64,000 nucleotides of DNA from Eledone cirrhosa (taxonomy: Eukaryota). Below the pieces are notes generated by a model. That model was not told the origin of the DNA, searched no databases, and saw only the letters and a program-made list of their open reading frames with translations. Of the stretch, positions 42,001 to 53,834 are shown one piece after another. The number at the start of each line of letters is the position of its first letter. Within the stretch, counting starts at the first letter, position 1. Both the position numbers and the translations under genes were made by a program. The stretch covers positions 135,842,001 to 135,906,000 of the forward strand of contig OZ024741.1 of the NCBI GenBank assembly GCA_964016885.1, written 5' to 3'.

Positions 42001-44937
42001 TGTTGACCTGGTCCCTGTAAGCCTTACGTGCCAGAAATGACATGTTTCGCTTCAGTAACCAGGTCCTAACTTACGCGTCTTATCTAGGTTGACCATACAG
42101 ATCACAAACTTGTGATCTGAATAGGCGACCGTTTCAAAACGTGGACAGCTTACACTATTTCTGTCTATTTTCCTAATGAATATCCTGTCTATATACGATC
42201 TAGATGACCCTATGCGGTTAGCCGAGGTCCACACTGGCGCATTAGGGAAATCTAGTCAGTACCTGTCAGACAGTTGGAACTGGCTGATAAGGTTCTTGAG
42301 GCTTTTGCACCCCCAGCTCCTATTGGATACTCCCACACAGTCCCAGCGTGCCTCTAAGATGCCGTTCCAGTCCCCCGCTAACAGTAAAGGGCGAGCCGTA
42401 CCCAGAAAGGCTTTCAGGCGTCTAAAGAAGTCCGGCCGTCCTGCTCCAGTAGGAGCATAGACGGCCACCAGTTTAAAGGCACCACCTTCGTTATTGTTCA
42501 CGTCCAGGACTACCAACTTCCCTTCCCGTCCGGGTCCCGGAAGATCGATCCAGGCCTTTCCTAAACAGCACTGCCACCCCGCCTCCCATTCCCGGCCGGC
42601 TAACAGATGCAAAGATCTGATAGTCGTCGAAAATGGGGGCTAGTGCGCGCGTGTCGGAAATCCTGGTCTCGCTGACGGCAATTACATCCATTTCTAGAGA
42701 CCTGAGGTCATTGAGCAGGTGACCCTGCTTCCAGGACGATGCCAGGCCTCGAACATTTAAACATCCTACTCTTAATACGGCCATGTTGGCAGGTTAAAAA
42801 GAGAGAGAGAGGAAAGGTTTACTTACCTTCCGGGCTCTTGTCAAGGTCGAGTTGTTCGACCTCCATAGTTGGTGGGGTTTCTTTTGGCAACCCCTTTAAA
42901 AGTCTTGAAGTTGGTTTTACGTTCGGGGTTCCCACGTCCCGAGGAAAGCTGTCTCGTATTTCTTTGTATAATTCGATCGACATTCGCACCAGAACCAAAT
43001 CTTCCGGCACGCGAAATGTGCTCGATTTAAAAATGTCCCCCTCTTTTTGTATATTTTCACTTCGTGCTACGAGGGCCATCAATTCCTTGTTGGCCCTCCT
43101 GACGAGCACGAAGTTTTGTATGTTTTGTTAGCGTGATTTTATTTGTTTGCGTGCCTGTGGTGGTAATGGTTTTGGTGGTGTTGTTTCGGTTGTATCTGTG
43201 TTTGTTGTGAGTGCGGTGTCTGTGGTTTCAGATGTTTGTGTGTATATTTGTTCTTGCGTCTGTTTAGGTTGTTTGCGTTTGAGGGATTCTGGTGATGGTG
43301 GTGCTGATGTTGGTTTTTTTTCAGAGATGTTTGCGCGGGTGGTGTCGGCGTTTTTTTTGTGGGTGATTTTGTGCTTTGTTGAGTTCTTTTTTTCTTTTTG
43401 CGTTTCTTTTTTTGTATTTTGGGGGATTTGGGTTTTCCCTCATCTTCACTACTGCTAGATGAGGGGTCTGTTGTCTGTAAGTGTGTCTGTAAGTATGTTT
43501 ATGGTTTTACTGGTGTGTGTATTTTGGGGGGGGAGGGGGAATTTGACAGCTTTCCTCGTTTCCCCCCTGGGTGGTCAATGTTGGTGGTGGTCTTTCTATT
43601 GGTGTTGTTGTTGGTGGTTTTGCCGGTGCTGGTGTTGGTTGTGGTCCTCGCTCCGGTGTCGGCAGCAGTGGAGCCTTTCGACCCCTTGCCTCTTTCAGCA
43701 GTTGAGGGCAGAAGGCTCGCAAATTGGTTTTTTCCCCACAAACTGCGGCCTTTTGCCTTCGGTCATAATGTGAATGACCGTCCCATTTTGAAGGCGGATG
43801 TGGTCCGGGATTGTCTTCACATTCTCGGGCCTGATCTGGAGAAGGATCTACAGGTCAACCCCGCACCAGTCCTCTCTGGCCGTTCTGGTCACTTCTATAG
43901 GGACGGTATCCGTCCCCTCCACAATCAAACATCCCAGAAGCCACCACATGTGAAGTCCTGGTGGGATTCTGGGAATGCGGAGACGGGCCGTACTTTTTCC
44001 CATGTGGGAGGGGTACACTATGACCTTGCTGGTTTTGCAAGGAGTCATAGCGTGTTTCATAACGAGGGCTTCTGACTTGAACAACACCGAAATGGTGCCG
44101 CACTGTCTGCCCCTCTCTATGTATTCGGTGTCTTCTTGTGGGATTAAAGCAGCCCTTTTGGTTTGTGCTGAGATGCATCTATAATGCACCGTTCTGCGCT
44201 CCACTGCCTCAATAGCTTCTACCGGGACAGTTAAGTTGTCCCAGGTTTGCTCTTTCTTGATGAGCTTCCATGCTGGGCCAACTTTTCATCTTTGTTTGAG
44301 AGGTCTATGTTGAAGGATGGCCTCTTTTTTGCTGCTGCCGCAGCGAAAGTGTTCTTCTTCTTTTCGTTGGAGGTGTTGTTGTCGTTGTTCTTGTTGGTGT
44401 TGTTGTTATCACTGTCGCTGTTATCATTGTTGTCTTTGTTTCCACCATTGTTCTCGGTGTAGTTGGTATTGCTGCTGTTGGTGTTGTCGCTATTCGTTTT
44501 CATGTTAGTGGTGTTGATATTGTTGTTGCATTTGTTTTGTTATTTTTGTTATCTGTATTTTCGTTGTCGCTGTTACTGTCATTTTTTTTCATAATTAGAG
44601 TTCCCATTGGTATCATTGGTGTCTTTGTTTACATTGTTTGTGGTGGTGTTTGTGTTATCAATTTGTGTTAATTTCGCTGTAGCGCTCCTCTCAACTTCTA
44701 CGTCGTTGTCGCACGACAGCCGACATATCGCTGGGGGGCGTAGCTCAGCCATGTTTTTTTTTCTCCGTAAATTTTTTAACATGTAAAAAAAGTTCAAATA
44801 TTATACTTTCCCCTTAACAGGGCAAAGTCTAAGGGCTTATATCCCTTACACAACAAGGAATATTTAACAACAAATAATTTTAACAGGCAAATAAAGCGAC
44901 TTACTGGAAGCGAGCCAAAAAGACGTCCAAACAGACC
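39089..44937 (-). mobile_element. Tx1/L1-clade LINE B, essentially full length (~5.8 kb) but degenerate
   Basis: ORF1 at about 44752-42819. ORF2 from 42784 has APE (CLNVRGL, VSETR, AGDWN, YIDRIF, SDHKFV), RT (KSPGLDGLPYEFY, LDQSKAFD, AYADDIT) and a C-terminal C..DETVLHALVQC. The 3' end is AATAAA plus (ATT)n. Confidence 0.93.
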
Positions 44938-45526
44938 AATAATAATAATGCTTTCTTTATTAACCACAAGGGTTTACATAAAGTAGACATTAAGGACAGT
45001 ACAGGACAATACAGGACGGTACAAATGGGCATTTCTGCGTGTAAAAAACAAAAACAGAGGATGTAACAAAAAAATAACAATGAAAAATTCCCCAATACGG
45101 GGAGACTTCCGAGGGACATTCGTGGAGAAAGCCCATTTAAAAGCCACAGTGACCCTGACCTCCAGGGCAAGTGCCCTCTCCCAGTTTTCCACCTTTAATT
45201 TATAGACACATACTCAGAGTAGGCCCATTCACTCGGGCCATTCTGCCTTTCTCACCCATCTTTCAACAAAATGCTGGGAAGAGAGCACTTCCCTCTCTAC
45301 CCTGATTTTCCTTTTCAAATGAAATTTGAAAAAGTTAATCAGGGCATCACCGAAGAGGTAAGTGCTCGTCTTCAGCCCTTTCAAACGTGTCCACCATACT
45401 ATCTCTTTCGCCATGGCCACGAGACAGATAAAAACTGCTTGCCCTTCTCGGCTAAAGGAAGAGGGTGGGGCAATCCTCACGATGAACTCAGCTGACAGCT
45501 GGATCCGTCCTACACGCGACAGGTGT
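44938..45526 (-). mobile_element. Tx1-like LINE C, 5'-truncated 3' fragment
   Basis: ORF2 C-terminus (EGQAVFICLVAMAKEIVWWTRLKGLKT..NFFKFHLKRK) homologous to element B; AATAAA plus (ATT)n tail. Confidence 0.88.
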
Positions 45527-45715
45527 TAATAATAATGAAATTATTGTGTAAAGTGCTCAGGTGCACTACAACTCGTCAAAGGTGCATGTATAGTACATAG
45601 AATAATATACAAATGTCAGGGAAGTGAATAGTGTATGAGTCATGATACATATGTGCGTATGTGCATGGAGGGGGAACATTAGGTGTAGTGTTAGCGAATC
45701 TCGGGAAGCATATAT
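45527..45715 (-). mobile_element. Probable 3' end of a further retroelement with an (ATT)n tail
   Basis: The minus strand ends gtgcacctgagcactttacacaataatttcattattatta, directly abutting element C. Confidence 0.45.
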
Positions 45716-45959
45716 ATCTCATATATTTAATCATATACGAAATGTTCATGTAAATAAACATTTTTATATCACTGCTGTAAATTATAGAAGTGGTGAATTT
45801 TACCATTGGTTTTAGAAACCGAAGTTGACCACCTTAACTGCCGTTTCTGGTTCTTTACCAACTCTCAGAAAAGGCTAAATCCTCTTTGATGCGAAGACGA
45901 AGATAAGCTGAAAACTATTTATGCTTATGAACATCAGCTGATGAAACATTTATTATATA

Positions 45960-46006
<47 letters not shown>

Positions 46007-46269
46007 CGGCGATGAATTAGTTTTGCGAGGTTTTTGATATGAAATCGTGTGACGAAACAAATATTGTTATACTTGGGGAGGGTCATATTTGTGTAATATT
46101 GCCAGAATTAATAACAGAACACACTCACTGTTTGGATGGTTTTCGCTTTTCGCTCTTGTGTCTTTTATATCGGTAATCTAATTTATTCGGTCCTCAATGT
46201 TGCCATTGACTGACCAACGGTAAAAAATAATACAGATACAATATAGACACAAACACATATATATAGTTT

Positions 46270-46311
46270 ATCAAAGTTCTTTCGTTGCACATCTGCAACA
46301 TCGTCAGTGGT
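46270..46311 (-). ncRNA. Hammerhead motif related to 35182-35224
   Basis: acca CUGACGA u-GUUGCA-gaug-UGCAAC GAAA GAAC UU^ugau. Stem II covaries with the 35.2-kb copy. Confidence 0.7.
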
Positions 46312-46493
46312 GCTATTGTTTCCTCCCGTCGCATTGTATTTTCTACGCCATCTTTATTTAGCGAAAACCAACCAAACAGTGAGTGTGTTCTGTTATTAAT
46401 TCTGGCAATATTACACAAATATAACCCTCCCCAAGTATAACAATATATATATATATATGAAAAGTGTAATTTTCTACACAAAACGAAGGTTAT

Positions 46494-47068
46494 AGAGAAA
46501 ATTGAGGTTGGTAATGGCACATGGAATATATAAGAGACAGAATACTTTTTTGTGAAAAAACATAATTTTATAATGTAAGGAAATAATAAAGGGTATAAAA
46601 AATGACCGGTTTCGATGGGTCTGCAAAAGCCATCTTTTCAAATGTTGATTAATATTAAGAAAAATTAATAATACGAAGAGTTAAAATTTGAGACTTGAAA
46701 ATTCAAGTATAAAATTCATTGTGGGATTTCATAGCAGTTTTCATCTAGGTAGCAACAACAGGTTGACTGCTGTGTCCCAGAAAGGGACACAGCAGTCAAC
46801 CTGTTGTTGCTACCTAGATGAAAACTGCTATGAAATCCCACAATGAATTTTATACTTGAATTTTCAAGTCTCAAATTTTAACTCTTCGTATTATTAATTT
46901 TTCTTAATATTAATCAACATTTGAAAAGATGGCTTTTGCAGACCCATCGAAACCGGTCATTTTTTATACCCTTTATTATTTCCTTACCTTATAAAATTAT
47001 GTTTTTTCACAAAAAAGTATTCTGTCTCTTATATATTCCATGTGCCATTACCAACCTCAATTTTCTCT
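46494..47068. repeat. Near-perfect palindrome (~285-bp arms, 5-nt loop) with an HHR remnant in each arm
   Basis: Centre tgtgtccc-agaaa-gggacaca; one mismatch noticed. Remnant UUGAAAA GAUGG..CCAUC GAAA CCGG UC at 46919-46960. Confidence 0.9.
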
Positions 47069-47203
47069 CTCTCTCTATATATATATATATATCCGTATAA
47101 TCTTATCTGATGACCCAGTGTTAAAAAAGGAGAAACTCCAGAGTAACCAGACTCACTATTTAACCTTAATGAAAAGAATATTTATATATATATATATATA
47201 CAT

Positions 47204-47376
47204 AATTACAACAATGACATAAACATGTACTCAAGTTTCGTTGGGTTCTGGGCCCGAAGTTGTTCAGCCTGTCATGAGAAAAATAAAAACCTTTTTATTT
47301 TCTCATGACAGGCTGAACAAATTGGGGCCCAGAACCCAACGAAACTTGAGTACTTGTTTATGTCACTATTGCAATT
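47204..47376. repeat. Palindrome (~85-bp arms) with an HHR-like motif at 47308-47357 (+)
   Basis: acagg CUGAACA aaUUGGG-gcccagaa-CCCAAc GAAA CUUGAG UA^cuugu. Confidence 0.7.
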
Positions 47377-47835
47377 ATTTGTACTAAACTTATACTTCAG
47401 CATATATATATATATATATATGTTATATGCATAGATCCATCTAGCTCACTCGTAGGGCGAGTAACTAAACCATTTGGTGAAAGATTTCACTTGAAAAACC
47501 AGAGTGGAACCTGAAATATTTGGAAATATATTTTAAAAAATAAATACAAAATTATTTATTGAAAGAAAAAAAATAACAACAAATAATAAAATAAAAACAA
47601 CAAAAATTCCTATACTATAGCTTTGACTGAAAATTCTAATTTAAATGTGATATCTAGAAATATATTTCACCCATCGTAGGTGATTAAATAAATGAAGGAG
47701 AGATATCGAGTATAGTCGATAAATAAAAGAAAACAATAATAAAAAGAAAGCGACAACAAACCTATTACTAAACAAACAGGAAAACGTATTTTGGAAAAGT
47801 TGCCAACTAGACTAGATTACCACTGGGTCTGCGAG

Positions 47836-47907
<72 letters not shown>

Positions 47908-48570
47908 AGATAGATAGTAAATAGGTAGATTTATAGATAAAAGAACATATAGATATACATATAGATGGTTGAATAGAAAGATATATAGCTACACAGATAG
48001 ATAGATAGATAGATACACATATAGAAGGATAGATAAATAGAGGAGAGAGTAAATGAGTGAGAGATAATAAATGAGATTGGAATGTACGTGAGCTCGTTTC
48101 AGTATCACATCTCACCTCTAAACTGCAGAGGAAGAGAGAAACATGTCTTGGTTAGTACAAATAATTATGGGGTAACGAATGATATAATGAGATGGAAGGA
48201 GAAAAAGGCAAAGAGGGAAAACTAGAGGAAGAAGGTAGAAGAGAGGAGAAGAAGGCAGGAGAAGCAGAGGAAGGGTGTAGAAAGGGAAAGGAGGAGCAGA
48301 TGGAGAAGGAGAAAGCTGGAGAAGAAGAAAAACAAATAGAAACATACATACACAACAGCGCCAGCCTCCGGAAAAAGAAGAATTCTTTTGCGCGGGAGAT
48401 TAGAAAAGAGGAAAGCAATAAATACACATATAAAAAAAAAGAATCTAAAGAGAATATAAGAAAAATAGCATTTAGTTGTGGCAGAATAGAAGACAAATGT
48501 GTAAAAGAAAATAGAATGCAATAAATCAAATGAGGCGATATGGTCCTGCGTAGTAAAGAAGGAAGATAAA

Positions 48571-48642
<72 letters not shown>

Positions 48643-49209
48643 ATATATATATAGAGAGAGACGTGTCTGTGTGTTTCTGTGTGTGTGTGTATGTATGTAC
48701 ACATATATATGTGTGTGTGTGTATGTGTCTACACATATATAAGGATTAAATACTGTCTTGTTTGGAGTGCAATGAGTAAGTATCGAGATAAAACAACAAG
48801 TATCAATTAAGAAATGAACTCAGAGAAAATGATTGATAAAGATCGATTATTTAATTGGTCAGTCGGTGTCGTTTTTGGCATGACTCCGTTATAGTACGAG
48901 GCCTGGAAGTCTATTATCGTAGCCATTGAATAGTATCTCCGTTCTCTGCATGACGGAAGAGATTTGATGCTATCTCTGTATTTATTTGATATCACACAAA
49001 CATTAAACCAAGAAATCATGTGTGTGTATTTACGTAGCAGTTAAAAAATCTTGCAAGAAAATCAAAACTGAAACACGTTATTTCTCTCCCCGGTAAATCA
49101 GTGCTGCCTATGTTCATCCTGCCACGTTCAATTTTCCTGAAACGAAAAGACTGTCTGTGATTGACAAGCAGTATATATAGAGAGATATTTTATTTCACAC
49201 ATGTTAGGC

Positions 49210-49577
49210 CAGTAGTTCCCAAACTCTGCGTCTCGAAACACAAGTGGACTGCGAGATGTAATTAGGATTGCCGCAAAAGTTCAAGATCCTATAGCCAAAG
49301 TTCATTTATAACTGTCAAACTTAGAGAAAAAAAAATCAAACTAAACGCTGCTTAATAATATTGCCAAAAGACACCAAGTGCATACTTCTCATTTATAACT
49401 TTGCTCCCTTTATTGACTAAACTACTATATACGAACACATTCTTTGTATTTTTAATTATTTCTATTTCTAATATATGTTATGATTATATACTTAAAACTT
49501 CTCTTTTGACTAAAGTGTTGAATGCAGCTACAATGGTGCGACAATGTTTGTACGACCTGAGTATTTGGAAACAACTA
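49210..49577. mobile_element. Old hAT (Charlie-like) non-autonomous element
   Basis: Ends CAGTAGTTCCCAAAC ... TTTGGAAACAACTA. The TSD is not convincing. Confidence 0.45.
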
Positions 49578-49604
49578 TCTTTAGAAGATAGACTTAATGT
49601 GTCG

Positions 49605-49880
49605 CTCGGTTAACACCACCACATGACCCTTCAGTGGTAGATTTAATCTATGACCCAGTTGAACACAATCACCTGGACTTTGTATGGTAGATTTAATGTG
49701 ACCAGTTTTAACATCATCACATAAACTTTGGGTGGTAGATTTAATCGATGATCCGGTTTAACACCATCACATGAACCTTGGGTGGTAGGTTTAATCTTCG
49801 ATCCGGTTTAACATCCCCACATGACCCTTGGGTGGTAGAATTAATCTGTGATCAATTTTAACACCACTACACGGCCTCTA
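49605..49880. repeat. ~50-bp minisatellite, about 5.5 copies
   Basis: Recurring ggtttaacaccatcacatgacccttgggtggtagatttaat. Confidence 0.85.
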
Positions 49881-50799
49881 GTATCTTTAGTTGAGTGCGC
49901 TTTATTGCAAATATTAGGGTGGGGATTCCTTCCATCTTTCTTTCTGCAGGTTTGTGGAAGCCATAAAAAGAGATACGAGCGTGGCTTAAGGTAAATTGCC
50001 TGGAAGACTGTTGTATCGCCCTCTACACAACGGAGGAGAATTGACGTTATCTCTGTATTTATTCAATAGAATATGGAGTCAAGTAATTATGTGTCTTTTG
50101 TGTTGGATCTCAGTCAGTTCGGACGGAGAGTGTTCCAGATTTTAAATAAACAGAAAAGCCTGCTCCTGAAAATAATGTGCAAATCACTGAAAATTCCACT
50201 AACATAGTTTACTAACGTAGTTTACTGAACGATTAAACGTGATACCATGTGTAACAATGTTTATGTTTCAATTATATGTACATGTCATTTTTGCTAGCTA
50301 AATGGACTGGAGCAACGAAAAAGAAAGTGTATTTGCTCAAGGATACAACATGCCGCAGGAAATCGAACGCAGAATATTACGATGATAGTTCGAGTACACT
50401 AACCACGCAGACACGCACCTTCATAATAATCAGGGCTACATGTGCAATTTTGTCTTACTCTCCTTTCCGATCTTTGTTCAAACCATAACGATGTTGACAT
50501 TGTATTTCGTCCTTCCGGGGGTAAATAAATTTTGACCAATACCAATTTCAATGTTAATCGATTAGATATCGCACAAGAGTTGTTTTGAACTTTTGCCAAA
50601 TTTCTCCGTACTGTGTTATAACTTGGTGCTTTAGTATGTCTAGTATCCTTATCTTAAAAGTTCTACGGAAATGAATATTGCTTTTGTTCAATAATGGTAT
50701 TGGACATGGCAGTGTTACCATTATTGCTTATTTTCTTATCTTTAAGACAAAATTCTTTCCATTTTTGTGGTCAGTCTGCTAGCATGTTCTATACGATGA

Positions 50800-51262
50800 A
50801 CGCAAGCATGGTTATGTAGTTAAGATGTTTATTTCAATTGCTGTCTGAATGATTAAGAAGACCACTCCGGTAGCATGGTCGAGTAGTTAAGGGGGCCACT
50901 TTGGTAACATGGTTGTATAGTCAAGAGGGTCACTTCGGTAGAATGGCTCAGTAGTTAAATAGTTCACTTCGGTATCATGATCTTGTAGTTAAGAGGGTCA
51001 CTTTAGTTGTAAGGCTCAGTATAAAAGTAGTCCACTTCATTAGCATGGCTCAGTAAGTGGTTCACATTAGTAGTATGGCACAGTAGAAAAACAGTACACT
51101 TTGGTAGCATGGTTGCGTGACTAAATCTTTCACTTCGATAGCATGACTCTGTAGAAAAGTAGTTTACTTTGATAGTATGGCTCATTACTGAAGCAGTCTA
51201 CTTTAGCAAAATGGCTGAGTAGTTATGACGTTAAATTTGGTAGACTGGTTGAGTAATTAAAA
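50800..51262 (+). repeat. Degenerate 34-bp minisatellite
   Basis: cacttcggtagcatggctcagtagttaa-like blocks at about 50862, 50896, 50930, 50964, 50998 and onward. Confidence 0.8.
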
Positions 51263-51780
51263 TAATCATTGGAAAATATGGCTTTGTTCACTTTGCAAAC
51301 ATGACTGACGCCGTCTCCTCTCTCTCAATCGAGAAGAACTCTGTAGAGCTTTGAAGGGACCTTATAGTTTCTGGGCTGTTGGATCATGTAACCTTAAATA
51401 CATGGAATCAATAAACATATATTACAGACAAGATGGAACGCCTTTGAACATGTTTAGATTCGCTCATGCCAGCACTGGGGCAAAAGGACAAGTTGACACA
51501 GCACATATAATAGCTCAAAAACAACATGACACAACGGAGGCTATGAGTAAACAATAACTTTGACACAACACAAACACTAAACAATGATCACGTCAAAAAT
51601 ACATATTCTATATAACCAACAACGTCACAACCAACAGCAAATATCCTACAAATTCACCATTCACATAACACATATTCTACAAAATAACCATCCACACAAT
51701 CCACAATACATACTCTACAAAATACCCCCCCCACACACACACACAACTCACAACATATTCTACAAAATCCCCACCCCCTA

Positions 51781-53360
51781 CACACAACCCACAAAACATA
51801 CTCTACAACATAACACCCCACACACAACCCACAACACATACACTACAACATAACACCCCACACACAACCTACAACACATATCTACAACATAACACCCCAC
51901 ACACAACCCACAACACATACACTACAACATAACACCCCACACGCAACCCACAACACATACACTACAACATAACACCCCACACACAACCCACAAAACATAC
52001 TCTACAACATAACACCCCACAGACAACCCACAACATATACACTACAACATAACACCCCACACACAACCCACAATACATACTCTACAACATAACACCCCAC
52101 AGACAACCCACAACACATACACTACAACATAACACCCCACACACAACCCACAAAACATACTCTACAACATAACACCCCACAGACAACCCACAACACATAC
52201 ACTACAACATAACACCCCACACACAACCCACAACACATATCTACAACATAACACCCCACACAACCCACAACACATATCTACAACATACCACCCCACACAC
52301 AACCCACAACACATACACTACAACATAACACCCCACACGCAACCCACAACACATACACTACAACATAACACCCCACACGCAACCCACAACACATACACTA
52401 CAACATAACACCCCACACGCAACCCACAACACATACACTACAACATAACACCCCACACACAACCCACAACACATATCTACAACATACCACCCCACACACA
52501 ACCCACAGCACATACACTACAACATACCACCCCACCCATAACCCACAACACATACACTACAACATAACACCCCACACACAACCCACAACACATATCTACA
52601 ACATAACACCCCACACACAACCACAACACATATCTACAACATAACAGCCCACACACAACCCACAACACATACACTACAACATAACACCCCACACACAACC
52701 CACAACACATATCTACAACATAACACCCCACACACAACCCACAACACATATCTACAACATAACACCCCACACACAACCCACAGTAACATACACTACAACA
52801 TAACACCCCACACACAACCCACAACACATACACTACAACATAACACCCCACACACAACCCAGAACACATATCTACAACATAACACCCCACACACAACCAC
52901 AACACATATCTACAACATAACACCCTACACACAACCCACAACACATACACTACAACATAATACCCAACACACAACCCACAACACATACACTACAACATAA
53001 CACCCCACACACAACTCACAACACATATCTACTACATAACACCCCACATACAACCCACAACACATACACTACAACATAATACCCCACACACAACCCACAA
53101 CACATACACTACAACATAACACCCCACATACAACCCACAACACATATCTACAACATAACACCCCACACACAACCCACAACACATACACTACAATATAACA
53201 CCCCACACAACCCACAACACATATCTACAACATAACACCCCGCACACAACCCACAACACATACACTACAACATAACACCCCACACACAACCCACATCACA
53301 TACACTACAACATAACACCCCACACACAACCCACAACACATATCTACAACATAATACTCC
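51781..53360. repeat. 40-bp C/A-rich minisatellite, about 40 copies
   Basis: Unit ACACAACCCACAACACATACACTACAACATAACACCCCAC, with a 39-bp ATATCT variant. Confidence 0.95.
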
Positions 53361-53834
53361 ACACAACACAAAATAATTACTCTACAAAATAACCACCAAC
53401 ATAAACAATAAATACTCAACAAAATAACCACCCACACAACACACTCTATAATTACCACCTACACGTCAAATTCTACACAGTCGCCACCTACACAATCGAC
53501 AAGCTACACAATTACCTCCCAATGATATACACAAAACATACTCTACACACTGTCCGTATAATTAGTAGCTGGCATTAAAGCATAATAACAATAGCAGCCC
53601 GTCTTAGGAAGGTCCCCGCAAGGTAGGGGTGGCTGTTGCAGCGGATATCGCTGGCCATTGTCCACGGACATGCGTTTACCCTCGGCCTAGAGCCCATCAC
53701 CGTCCCTCTTCACCCTTCCATTCTTCTGTAACCCTAGAACCCTTACTCTTCCCTTCATTTTGCGTTTTTAAATATCTGTTATGTTGTTATTTGAAATAGA
53801 TTTGTTTACGATTTTTATAACAATATATTTACAT

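Noticed and set aside
48192-48524. Glu/Lys-rich 110-aa ORF
   Set aside because: Purine-rich low-complexity tract beside a (GA)n repeat.
52477-53458. Cys/Val-rich repetitive ORFs
   Set aside because: The 39/40-bp unit does not keep frame, so this is a non-coding minisatellite.
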